From Deltaproteobacteria bacterium (GTDB taxonomy: Bacteria; Desulfobacterota; Deferrimicrobia; Deferrimicrobiales; Deferrimicrobiaceae): 56,793 bases of DNA. Position numbers and translations under genes: made by a program. The notes below the pieces were generated by a model. It saw nothing but the letters and a program-made list of their open reading frames with translations. It was not told the DNA's origin and made no database searches. This document shows, one piece after another, positions 1 to 8,292 of this stretch; within the stretch, counting starts at the first letter, position 1; each line of letters opens with the position of its first letter. The stretch is from NCBI GenBank assembly GCA_021824125.1, contig JAKALO010000002.1:1-56793 (forward strand), in the 5' to 3' direction.

Positions 1-1
1 G

Positions 2-1192
2 CGAATGGAGATCACCTACGAGGACCGGATCACGACGGCGCCCGTACGGGGTTTCTATGAAAAGAGGGGCGACCTGCCGCCGGGAGTCGTCCGCTGGGTG
101 GTCGTCGACAAGGAGAACGGGGGCAAGGCCGACGCGCTGAACACCGGCATCAACGCCTCCACCTGCCCCTTCTTCCTTTCGATGGACGCCGACTCCATCA
201 TAGACGAGCAGGCTCTCCTCCAGGCGTTCCGCGTGATGCTGGTGGACGAGCGCGTGGTGGCGATCGGCGGCCAGGTGGCGCTGGCCAACGGGTGCCTGGT
301 TCGGGACGGGCGTGTCCAGGCGGTCGGCATCCCCTCTTCCCACCTCGCCCGGTTCCAGGTCGTGGAGTACATCCGGTCGTTTTCCATCGGCCGCACGGCG
401 CTAGGCTACCTCGATTCCATCCTGATCATCTCGGGTGTGTTCGGCATCTTCCGGAAGGACGTCGTCATGAAGGTCGGCGGGTACCTGACCAAATCGTTGA
501 CGGGGAAGATCGCGGGGGAATACGTGGGCGCCTGGCGGGAGACCGTGTGCGAGGACATGGAGATCGTCGTCCGCATCCAGCGGTACATCCGGGAAAAGCG
601 GCTGAACATGCGGGTCGGCTACACACCGCACCCGCTTTGCTGGACCGAGGCCCCCGAGTCGTTCGCAAGCCTCGCCAAGCAGCGCAACCGCTGGACGCGC
701 GGCCTCGTCGAGACGCTGAAGTATCACCGTAAAATGTTCTTCAGCCGCCGGTATGGCCGGATCGGCTGCTTCGCCTTCCCGTTCTTCTTCTTCTTCGAAT
801 TCCTGGGGGCGCCCATAGAGCTTCTCGGCTATTTGGGCATACCCCTGCTGTTCTCTGTCGGGCTTCTGAGCGTGGAATACCTGTTCCTGTTCTTCCTCGT
901 CTCCGTCGCCTACGGGACCCTCGTATCGGTCTCCGCGGTGATCACGGGGGCGTGGTCCGAGCGTGCGAGTCCCCTGCGTCCGGGCGGGAGTTCCCTGCTG
1001 CAATACGGCAGGACCGGGGACCTGGCGATCCTGCTCTTGTACGCCCTGCTCGAAAACTTCGGATACAGGCAGTTGAACCTCTTCTGGAGGACGCGGGGCA
1101 TATGGGATTATTATTTCGGAAAAAAAGGCTGGGATAAATTCGACAGGATCGGGTTCGGCGGCACGCCCGAAGCCGGCGGAGGGGCTGAATGA
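2..1192 (+). CDS. Family-2 glycosyltransferase, PgaC/IcaA/NodC-like processive synthase (5' end cut by window edge)
   Basis: ORF 5..1192. Motifs GGKADALN, SMDADS (DxD), EDME and QRNRWTRG (QxxRW), then hydrophobic C-terminal segments (FPFFFFFEFLGAPIELLGYLGIPLLF). Only about 35 aa precede GGKADALN, so the true N-terminus lies upstream of the window. Its stop overlaps the next start (ATGA at 1189-1192). Confidence 0.8.
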   Translation, partial: RMEITYEDRITTAPVRGFYEKRGDLPPGVVRWVVVDKENGGKADALNTGINASTCPFFLSMDADSIIDEQALLQAFRVMLVDERVVAIGGQVALANGCLVRDGRVQAVGIPSSHLARFQVVEYIRSFSIGRTALGYLDSILIISGVFGIFRKDVVMKVGGYLTKSLTGKIAGEYVGAWRETVCEDMEIVVRIQRYIREKRLNMRVGYTPHPLCWTEAPESFASLAKQRNRWTRGLVETLKYHRKMFFSRRYGRIGCFAFPFFFFFEFLGAPIELLGYLGIPLLFSVGLLSVEYLFLFFLVSVAYGTLVSVSAVITGAWSERASPLRPGGSSLLQYGRTGDLAILLLYALLENFGYRQLNLFWRTRGIWDYYFGKKGWDKFDRIGFGGTPEAGGGAE

Positions 1193-2439
1193 ACGCGAAG
1201 ACGATATGGCGGATGGTCGGATGTGCGTTGTTCCTTGCGGTTCTTCACGCGTCGGCGGGGCCGGCGACGGCCGCGGATCCGGCCTCCCTCGACGAGGGCA
1301 ACGCGCTGATCGGGAAGGGGGAGTTCCGGGCCGCCGCGGGAGTGTTTTCGTCGGTGCTGGAGAAGGAGCCTGCGAACCGGGATGCGCGGATCGGCCTGGC
1401 CCGCGCCCTCGGTTTCTCGGGGGATCACGCCGGGGGGGAGAGGGAGTTCCGGGCTGTGCTGGCCGCCGCCCCGGGCGACGTGGAGGCGCGCCTCGGGCTC
1501 TCCGACGTGCTGGCATGGCGGAAGCGTTACGGGGAGGCCGACGAGGTCCTCTCCGGGCTGGACAGGGAGAGGCCGAACGACCCCGAAGTCCTCGTGCGGC
1601 GCGGGAAGGTGGCCTTGTGGTCCGGAGACCGCGAAGGGGCGAGGAAGCATTTCGAGGCGGCGGTCCTGCTTGCCCCCGGCAACACGGAGGCGGCAAGGGG
1701 ACTGGAGCAGGCGAAGTCCGGCGCCGGGACGAAATTCACCCGGGTGGCGGAGGGCGGGGTGTCGCTCCTCCGGATCCGGAGGGCCAACCCGGGGACCCAG
1801 GTCTGGTCGGCCGTCCGCGACGCATCCTCGCGGGACCTGGAACTGCAGGCGAGGGTAGACTACCTCCACCGGTTCGGGCAGGACGAGGTCCGGGGGACCG
1901 CCGGAGCCGTGCGGAAGTGGGAGGGGGGGCTGTCTCTTCGGGGCGAGGCGGGATTCTCCCCGCACGCGGACATCTTTTCCCGTTATGCACTCGAGGCGGA
2001 AGCGGGGTTGCCGCTCCAAAAGGGGCTGGCGGCCTACCTTGGAGCGAAATACGCAGACTACGCGACGGCGGAGGTCTGGAACGCCATCGTCGCGGTGGAA
2101 TGCTACGTTCTTCCCAAGGATGCCCTGCTGGCGAGGTACGTGTTCTCCAACGCACGGTTCGACGGCGGCGGCGACAGCGACGACGGCACCTGGATGGCCA
2201 AGGCGACGCACTTTTTCACCGACGCCGACAGGGCATGGGCCTACTACTCGCACGGGAAGGAAGGGTACGCCACGGGTACGGCGGACCAGATCGGGAACGT
2301 CACTTCGAACACCTACGGCCTCGGGGGCAGGATCTTCCCCGTTCCGCGGTGGGGAGCCGAAGGAAACTTCGAGTGGCAGGAAAGAGAGGGCGGGAACCGC
2401 TACCTGACGTTCACACTCGTGGGCTACCACCGGTTCTGA
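1189..2439 (+). CDS. Secreted TPR-repeat protein fused to a YaiO-like outer-membrane beta-barrel
   Basis: Signal peptide MNAKTIWRMVGCALFLAVLHASAGPATA. N-terminal half has TPR-like repeats (GKGEFRAAAGVFSSVLEKEPANRDARIGLARAL...). C-terminal half has an alternating aromatic/Gly-rich pattern and ends in ...YLTFTLVGYHRF, the terminal Phe typical of OM barrels. Translationally coupled to the GT2 gene. Confidence 0.65.
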   Translation: MNAKTIWRMVGCALFLAVLHASAGPATAADPASLDEGNALIGKGEFRAAAGVFSSVLEKEPANRDARIGLARALGFSGDHAGGEREFRAVLAAAPGDVEARLGLSDVLAWRKRYGEADEVLSGLDRERPNDPEVLVRRGKVALWSGDREGARKHFEAAVLLAPGNTEAARGLEQAKSGAGTKFTRVAEGGVSLLRIRRANPGTQVWSAVRDASSRDLELQARVDYLHRFGQDEVRGTAGAVRKWEGGLSLRGEAGFSPHADIFSRYALEAEAGLPLQKGLAAYLGAKYADYATAEVWNAIVAVECYVLPKDALLARYVFSNARFDGGGDSDDGTWMAKATHFFTDADRAWAYYSHGKEGYATGTADQIGNVTSNTYGLGGRIFPVPRWGAEGNFEWQEREGGNRYLTFTLVGYHRF

Positions 2440-2451
2440 CCACTGGCATGT

Positions 2452-3324
2452 TCAGAGGTCCGGGGGCGGCCCCCCGACGAGCCCGCCCTCGTTCATCGAG
2501 CCGGTGCGGTACCCGTTGAGGTCGACGGAGACGTAGAGGAATCCGTTCCGGCGGAATCCCTCGTGTACGGCCTCGGAGACCCCCGCCTCGAAGAGGCGCG
2601 GGATTTCCTCCCGCCCCACCTCTATGCGCGCCACGCCGCCGTGCACACGGACGCGGAACTGCCGGAACCCGAACCCCCGGAGGATCTCCTCGCAGGCCTC
2701 GACGCGGGAGAGCGCCTCCGCGGTGATCTCCGTCCCGTAGGGAAACCGGGAGGAGAGGCAGGCGAAAGCGCCCTTCTCCGCGGTTGGCAGGCCGAAACGC
2801 CGGCTCAGCGCCCGGATCTCCTCCTTCGCGATCCCGTTCTCAAGCAGGGGGCTGCGCACGCCCAGCTCCTTCGCTGCGCGGCGGCCGGGGCGGTAGTCGT
2901 TCAGGTCGTCCGCGTTCGACCCGTCGCAGACCGCGGCGTATCCTTCTTCACGGGCGATCGCTTCGATCCGCCCGAAAAGCTCCTTCTTGCAGTGGTAGCA
3001 CCGGTCGGGCGGGTTGGAGGAGAAGCCGGGGATCAGGAGCTCGTTGGACTCGATGAACCTGTGCCGCACCCCCCATTCCCGGGCGATCCTCTCCGCCTCG
3101 TCGCGCTCCGACCTGGGGTAGGTGGGGGAGGTGGCCGTGACCGCGAGGACGTTTTCCCCCAGCGCCACCCGGGCGGCGTGGAGAAGGAAAGTGCTGTCGA
3201 CGCCGCCGCTGTATGCGATCACCGACGGTCCCATCCCCCGCAGGGACGCGAGCAGCGCCTCCCACTTTTCCGCGAGCTGCCCGGTCAAGGCGTTTCCCCC
3301 CCCGAGGTCAGCAGAGGAGTGCAC
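2452..3324 (-). CDS. larE: LarE-family ATP-dependent sulfur transferase (PP-loop ATP pyrophosphatase)
   Basis: ORF 2452..3387. PP-loop IAYSGGVDSTFLLHAA, CxxC (DRCYHCKKELF) and FACLSSRFPYGTEIT (the conserved LarE Cys). The first ~20 codons of the track ORF are Ser/Arg/Pro-rich and overlap the upstream gene. GTG at 3324 is the likelier start, but this is uncertain. Confidence 0.75.
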   Translation of the reverse strand: MHSSADLGGGNALTGQLAEKWEALLASLRGMGPSVIAYSGGVDSTFLLHAARVALGENVLAVTATSPTYPRSERDEAERIAREWGVRHRFIESNELLIPGFSSNPPDRCYHCKKELFGRIEAIAREEGYAAVCDGSNADDLNDYRPGRRAAKELGVRSPLLENGIAKEEIRALSRRFGLPTAEKGAFACLSSRFPYGTEITAEALSRVEACEEILRGFGFRQFRVRVHGGVARIEVGREEIPRLFEAGVSEAVHEGFRRNGFLYVSVDLNGYRTGSMNEGGLVGGPPPDL

Positions 3325-4432
3325 GTTCCACCTCGGAGAAGTCCGGGTCGGCCGGGAGGAAAAGCTCCCGCTCGGTCGCCCCGTCAACCTCGCGCACGCG
3401 GAAGGGCGGCTGCGTGCCGGGCTTGCTGTAGCGGGTGAAAAAGCGGGAAAGCAGTTCCGCCGGCGCCTCGCCGCCCGTGCCGTTGATCCCGATCGAAGGG
3501 CCCGGGAACCCTTCCGCGACGTAGACGCGCAGCTTACCGCGCCCGAGCGCCTCCAGCCTCCGGTTCTCCGCTTCGTCCCTGCCCACGATGACCTTGCGCC
3601 CGTCCGGCATCCGGAAGTGCCTCCCGACCTTCAGGAGACGGAGGTCCGCCATGTCCGGCGACGGGCAGTGGTCGAGAAGGTCCCTCACCTTGACGGAGAA
3701 CGTCTTGTCCGTGAGGAGGCAGCCGCCCGCGGGGCACGGGTAGTCGCCGATGCTCCAGTCTTCCGCGAGCCGGATCTGCTCCTTGCGGGAGCGCCCCACT
3801 ATGTCCAGCATCTTCTCACGGTCGACCCAACCTTCGCGCTCGGGGATCGTCGGTTCGAGATGGCGGGCCGAAAGCGGTCGCAGGACAAGACCCGCGCACC
3901 CGCTGTGCTTCTCGATCACCCGCAGGGCGTCGACGCGCTGGGACATCGGGCGCTGCCCGACGACCTCGCCCGTCACCAGGAACCTCGCCCCGATCTCCTC
4001 CATGTACTCCTTCGCCTTGCGCAGCGTGAATATCCGGCAGTCGATGCAGGGGTTCATCGCCGAGCCCCGGCCGTGCCGGGGGTTCCGGACGATGTCGATG
4101 TATTCCTTGCCCTTGGATACGGTACGGATCGGGATGCCCATCCGCCCGGAGACGATCTGTGCCTGGGAGTGGCAGCCTGCCCCGGGCGCTTCCCCGGAGG
4201 CGGTCCCCGCCGGGCGGGAGCAGGTGCAGAACGGTGACGTGAAATGAAGGGCGAAGAGATCGATCCCCTGGTCGGCAATCATCCTGGCGGCGAGCGTGCT
4301 GTCCAGGCCACCCGACAGGAGAATCACGGCGCGTACGCGCTCCCCGGCGTGCGTTTTCAAAGCGCGCAGCTCCGCTCCAGGCAATATTCGCCGGGGGAGA
4401 GCGGGGTTCGGATCCTCGGGGACTCCCCGCAT
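3308..4432 (-). CDS. PP-loop (adenine-nucleotide alpha-hydrolase) thiolation enzyme, MnmA/ThiI-like, Cys-rich
   Basis: Real part of ORF 3308..4762. Motifs RAVILLSGGLDSTLAARM, SPFCTC, NPCIDCR and YPCPAGGC. The N-terminal 110 aa of the track ORF are Arg/Gly/Pro junk antisense to the ThiF gene. Start is either ATG 4432 or TTG 4360 (TTGA overlap with the ThiF stop). Confidence 0.6.
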   Translation of the reverse strand: MRGVPEDPNPALPRRILPGAELRALKTHAGERVRAVILLSGGLDSTLAARMIADQGIDLFALHFTSPFCTCSRPAGTASGEAPGAGCHSQAQIVSGRMGIPIRTVSKGKEYIDIVRNPRHGRGSAMNPCIDCRIFTLRKAKEYMEEIGARFLVTGEVVGQRPMSQRVDALRVIEKHSGCAGLVLRPLSARHLEPTIPEREGWVDREKMLDIVGRSRKEQIRLAEDWSIGDYPCPAGGCLLTDKTFSVKVRDLLDHCPSPDMADLRLLKVGRHFRMPDGRKVIVGRDEAENRRLEALGRGKLRVYVAEGFPGPSIGINGTGGEAPAELLSRFFTRYSKPGTQPPFRVREVDGATERELFLPADPDFSEVERALLC

Positions 4433-5169
4433 GCCGGGCACTGCGGGTCTTTCGGGACGGAGAGCGCGGAGACGGTCCCGCTCAGGGTGTCGATCATCGT
4501 AAGCCTGCCGTGAAGCGGCACGCCGATGCCCAGAAGGATCTTCACCGCCTCGACCGCCTGCCACGAGCCCAGGACGCCGGCCGCCGCCCCGAGAATGCCC
4601 GCCTCGGCGCAGGTCGGGGCATCCTTGCGTGGGGGTATCTCGGGGATGAGGCACCGCAGGCACGGCCCCTGCCCGGGAACCACCGTGAGGATCTGCCCCC
4701 CGAACCGCAGGGCGCCCGCGTGGACCAGGGGCACGCCCGTGACCACCGACGCGTCGCTGCACAGGTATTTCGTGGGGAAGTTGTCGCTCCCGTCGATGAC
4801 GACGTCGTATCGGCTGAAGAGGTCCATGGCGTTGTCCGCAGTGAGCGCCGTCGGGTGGGCCTCCGGCTCCAGGTCCGACCGGAAAGCCCTGAGCGTGTCG
4901 CGCGCGGATTCCGCCTTCCAGCGTCCAACCGACGCTTCCGGGTGGATCAGCTGCCGGTTCAGGTTGGACAGGTCGACGCGGTCCCCGTCGATTACCCCGA
5001 TCCGGCCGACCCCCGCGGCCGCGAGGTAGAGGAGGGCCGGAGATCCGAGGCCGCCCGCCCCGACGACCAGTGCGGACGATGCGAAGAGCTTCTCCTGCCC
5101 GTGGGGCCCGATCTCGCCCAGCAGAATGTTGCGGCTGTACCTCAGGATGTCTTGGTCTGTGAAGCGCAT
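4357..5169 (-). CDS. ThiF/MoeB/HesA-family E1-like adenylyltransferase
   Basis: RYSRNILLGEIGPHGQEKLFASSALVVGAGGLGSPALLYLAAAGVGRIGVIDGDRVDLSNLNRQ (Rossmann GxGxxG). Two CxxC pairs (CLRC, CPAC) typical of the MoeB/ThiF zinc site. No rhodanese domain. Confidence 0.85.
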   Translation of the reverse strand: MRFTDQDILRYSRNILLGEIGPHGQEKLFASSALVVGAGGLGSPALLYLAAAGVGRIGVIDGDRVDLSNLNRQLIHPEASVGRWKAESARDTLRAFRSDLEPEAHPTALTADNAMDLFSRYDVVIDGSDNFPTKYLCSDASVVTGVPLVHAGALRFGGQILTVVPGQGPCLRCLIPEIPPRKDAPTCAEAGILGAAAGVLGSWQAVEAVKILLGIGVPLHGRLTMIDTLSGTVSALSVPKDPQCPACGESPRIRTPLSPGEYCLERSCAL

Positions 5170-5180
5170 CGGGTTATTAT
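5152..5180 (+). promoter_or_regulatory. Candidate sigma70 promoter for the desulfurase/HD-GYP operon
   Basis: TTGGTC (5152-5157), 17 nt spacer, TATTAT (5175-5180), lying in the divergent thiF / aminotransferase gap. GGGAGG Shine-Dalgarno at 5232-5237 precedes the TTG start at 5243. Confidence 0.35.
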
Positions 5181-5242
5181 ACCCCAGGAAGACCGGGGCG
5201 TTCCCGACAGCCTGGGGAAAAGCGACGCCCGCGGGAGGTTAG

Positions 5243-6409
5243 TTGCCCATAGATGTCGGACCGATACGGCTTGCCGAGTTTCCCGTAACGGAACGTTTCC
5301 TGTATTTGAACCATGCCGGAGTATCCCCTGTACCCGCGTCCGCAGCGGAGGCCGGCGCGCGCCTGCTCCGCGAGTGCCGTGACGAGGGGGCGTTCCGGCT
5401 TCGGAAGTGGGCGGAGATATCGGATGGGGCCCGGGGCCGCTTCGCGAGGATGATCGGGGCGTCGCCCGGCGAGATCGCCTTCATAAAAAACACCTCCGAG
5501 GGGCTTTCCTTCATCGCCGCGGGTTTCCCGTGGAGGGAGGGAGACAACCTCGTCACCGCGAACGTGGAATTCCCCGCGAACATCTACCCGTGGATGCGGC
5601 TTCGTTCCCGCAACGTCGAGACGCGGCTGGTGGCGGCGCGCGACGGGCGGGTCCGGAAGGAGGACCTCTTCGCGGCGTGCGACGGGAAGACGCGGCTCAT
5701 CGCGCTGTCCTCGGTGGAGTTCGCCAACGGTTACCGGAACGACCTCCCGGGCATCGGGGAGTACTGCCAGAAGAAGGGGATCTTCTTCTGCGTGGACGCG
5801 ATCCAGAGCCTTGGGGTCCTGCCTATGGACGTCCGGTCGTACGGGATCGACTCCTTGTCCGCCGACGGCCACAAATGGCTGCTCTCCCCGGAGGGGATAG
5901 GGGCGTTCTACATTTCCCGGGACGTGATGGAGATGGTCGAGCCGGTGATCCTGGGGTGGCACTCCGTCGAAAACCGCTTCGACTTCGAAAACTACGATTT
6001 CCGCCTTTCTACCGACGCGCGGCGCTTCGAGCCGGGAAGCCTGAACACGGTGGGACTCGCCGCTTTCAACGCGTCCCTCGATCTGCTGCTGTCGATCGGC
6101 GCGGACCGGATCTGGGAGCGTGTCCGGCGGCTGACGGAGGGCGTTATCGAGACGGCCCGACGGAACGGTTACGAAGTCCTCTCCCCGGGGAACCCGGAGG
6201 ACCGGTCCGGGATAGTGACCTTCCGGGTCCCGGGCGCCGATCCCAACGCCCTGTGGAAGGCGCTGCTCGGCAGGAACGTGGTATGCTCCCCCCGGGCCGG
6301 CGGCATCCGGGTCTCGCCGCACTTCTACAACACCCCCGGGGAAATCGAGCGGTTCTTCGGGATCCTTGAGGAAGAGATCGTCCGCCTTTCGAGCTCAAGT
6401 CCGGGATGA
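5243..6409 (+). CDS. Class-V aminotransferase-fold PLP enzyme, cysteine desulfurase/selenocysteine lyase-like
   Basis: LYLNHAGVSP start region, PLP-lysine context SLSADGHKWLLSPEGIGAFY, and C-terminal GIRVSPHFYNTPGEIERF. 388 aa. Confidence 0.75.
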   Translation: MPIDVGPIRLAEFPVTERFLYLNHAGVSPVPASAAEAGARLLRECRDEGAFRLRKWAEISDGARGRFARMIGASPGEIAFIKNTSEGLSFIAAGFPWREGDNLVTANVEFPANIYPWMRLRSRNVETRLVAARDGRVRKEDLFAACDGKTRLIALSSVEFANGYRNDLPGIGEYCQKKGIFFCVDAIQSLGVLPMDVRSYGIDSLSADGHKWLLSPEGIGAFYISRDVMEMVEPVILGWHSVENRFDFENYDFRLSTDARRFEPGSLNTVGLAAFNASLDLLLSIGADRIWERVRRLTEGVIETARRNGYEVLSPGNPEDRSGIVTFRVPGADPNALWKALLGRNVVCSPRAGGIRVSPHFYNTPGEIERFFGILEEEIVRLSSSSPG

Positions 6410-7488
6410 GGAGGACAGCGTCGGATATGCCCAGCGAACGCAATGAAAAGATCCTCATGGTCGACGACGACGCCCTGGTCTCCGATGTCGTCGGAGCGAT
6501 ACTTCGTAACCAGGGCTTCCGGTTCGAATGGGCGGGCGACGGCGCCGAGGGGTTGCGGAAGGCCAGGGACCTGCAGCCGGACCTTATCTTCCTCGACATT
6601 TCGATGCCCGGGCTGGACGGCTTCCAGACGTGCAGGAAGCTCAAGGAGGACCCGGTGACGCTGCGGATACCGGTGGTCATGCTCACGGCCCACGCGGACA
6701 GGGAATCGCGCATCAAGGCGCTCGAGGCGGGAGCCAGCGACTTCCTGGCGAAGCCGGTCGACGGCACGGAGATGGTGGTCCGGGTGGGCAACATACTCAA
6801 GGCGAAGCGGTACCAGGACTCCATCGAGGAGCATAGCCGGGTGCTCGAGATCCAGGTCGAGGAAAGGACCAGGCAGCTCAAGGAGTCGCTGCTGGACACC
6901 GTGCAGCGGTTGACGCTCGCCTCGGAATACCGGGACGTGGACTCATACGTCCACGTCAAGCGGATCAGCTACTACAGCGAGATCATCCTGAGAAAGCTGG
7001 ACATCACCGGGGACGCGGCCCACATCATGTACTACGCGAGCCCGATGCACGACATCGGCAAGGTCGGCATCCCGGACGCCATCCTGCTGAAGCCGGGGGT
7101 CCTGACGGAAGACGAGTTCGAGATCATGAAGACGCACACCACGATCGGGGCAAGGATCCTTCGCGGGTCCAGCAGCCCCTACCTGAAGTCCGCGGAACGG
7201 TTCGCGCTGTACCACCACGAACGGTGGGACGGGAAAGGGTACCCGCAGGGGCTAAAGGGCGAGGCGATACCGATCGAGGGCCGGATCATGAACCTCATCG
7301 ACCAGTACGACGCACTCCGGAGCAAGCGGCCCTACAAGCCCCCGTACGAGCACGAGCGGTCGGTATCGATCCTTCTCGAGGGGGGGCACCGCACGTCCCC
7401 GGACCACTTCGACCCCAGGATCCTGCAGATATTCAGGGAATGCTCGGAGGAGTTCCGGGCGGTCTACGAGACCCACCAGTCCTGGTAG
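6406..7488 (+). CDS. Response regulator with HD-GYP c-di-GMP phosphodiesterase domain (RpfG-like)
   Basis: Receiver domain KILMVDDDALV...DLIFLDISMPGLDG...LTAHAD. HD-GYP motifs PMHDIGKVGIP and HHERWDGKGYPQGL. The ATG overlaps the upstream stop (ATGA at 6406-6409). Confidence 0.85.
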   Translation: MRRTASDMPSERNEKILMVDDDALVSDVVGAILRNQGFRFEWAGDGAEGLRKARDLQPDLIFLDISMPGLDGFQTCRKLKEDPVTLRIPVVMLTAHADRESRIKALEAGASDFLAKPVDGTEMVVRVGNILKAKRYQDSIEEHSRVLEIQVEERTRQLKESLLDTVQRLTLASEYRDVDSYVHVKRISYYSEIILRKLDITGDAAHIMYYASPMHDIGKVGIPDAILLKPGVLTEDEFEIMKTHTTIGARILRGSSSPYLKSAERFALYHHERWDGKGYPQGLKGEAIPIEGRIMNLIDQYDALRSKRPYKPPYEHERSVSILLEGGHRTSPDHFDPRILQIFRECSEEFRAVYETHQSW

Positions 7489-8281
7489 GGCGGCGGCGCC
7501 CCGGGGGCCCGCTCTTCTCCGCCGCGATGAGGGCCGCTCCCAGCGCCCCGGCGAGCTGCGGCTCCCCGGGGACCAGGAGCGGGATCCCGAAGCGGTTCTC
7601 CAGGGCCTTGCGGGCGGCGGGGTTTTTCGCGACCCCCCCCGTCATGACGGCGGGCGGGACGCACCCTACACGCTCCGCGAGGGCGGCGATCCGGTTCGCG
7701 ATGGCGAGGTGCACCCCCCACGCGATGTCTTCCGGGGACGCCCCCGAGGCGATGAGCGAGATCACCTCCGACTCGGCGAACACTGTGCACATCGAGCTTA
7801 CGGAAAGGGACCTGCGCGAGGCCAGGGAGCGGCGGGCCATCAGTTCCAGGTCCATCTCCAGCGTCCGGGCCATAACCTCCAGGAACCGCCCCGTTCCCGC
7901 GGCGCACTTGTCGTTCATGGCGAAGTCCGATACCTTGCCGTCCGGGGAGAGCCGGATGACCTTGCTGTCCTGCCCCCCGATGTCCAGCACCGTGGCCGCG
8001 TCCGGGAACAGGCTTCGGGCGCCCCGCGCGTGACAGGTGATCTCGGTGACCTTGAGGTCGGCGGAGGGCACCGCTTCCCGCCCGTAGCCCGTCGAGACGG
8101 TGAAGGCGATGTCCGACGGCCTGCCCCTGGCGACGGAAAGCGCGCGGTCGAGGGCCTCCCGGCAGGCCTTGAGCGTGGATGCGCCCGTCGCGGTGATCGC
8201 GTGACCGACGACTTTCCCGCCGCCGTCGAGAAGGACCACGTCGGTGGAGAGGGACCCGACGTCGATCCCGGCGAAGAGCAC
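7433..8281 (-). CDS. BadF/BadG/BcrA/BcrD-family ATPase (HgdC-type CoA-substrate-specific enzyme activase)
   Basis: Real part of ORF 7433..8845. Motifs LFAGIDVGSLSTDVVLLD, VTEITCHARGA, VLDIGGQDSKVI, MNDKCAAGTGRFLE and VMTGGVAKN. Start is GTG 8281 or TTG 8296. An Arg/Pro-rich ~30 aa C-terminal tail is encoded antisense to the end of the HD-GYP gene. Confidence 0.8.
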   Translation of the reverse strand: MLFAGIDVGSLSTDVVLLDGGGKVVGHAITATGASTLKACREALDRALSVARGRPSDIAFTVSTGYGREAVPSADLKVTEITCHARGARSLFPDAATVLDIGGQDSKVIRLSPDGKVSDFAMNDKCAAGTGRFLEVMARTLEMDLELMARRSLASRRSLSVSSMCTVFAESEVISLIASGASPEDIAWGVHLAIANRIAALAERVGCVPPAVMTGGVAKNPAARKALENRFGIPLLVPGEPQLAGALGAALIAAEKSGPPGRRRPTRTGGSRRPPGTPPSIP

Positions 8282-8292
8282 GCGACGCGGCG

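Noticed and set aside
401-2430. Long minus-strand ORFs 401..1696 (431 aa) and 1111..2430 (439 aa), antisense to the GT2 and TPR/barrel genes.
   Set aside because: Their translations are extremely Arg/Pro/Gly-rich (PPPCCRGQAGPPPRNASSPLRG...) with no recognisable motifs. The opposite strand encodes proteins with clear family motifs. This is typical shadow-ORF behaviour in GC-rich DNA with G/C at third positions.
2452-5243. I searched the thiolation locus for a ThiS/MoaD/TtuB-like small ORF ending in Gly-Gly.
   Set aside because: The three genes abut or overlap, and the 73 nt divergent gap is too short. No such ORF can be supported. An ORF shorter than the 60 aa track cutoff elsewhere cannot be excluded.
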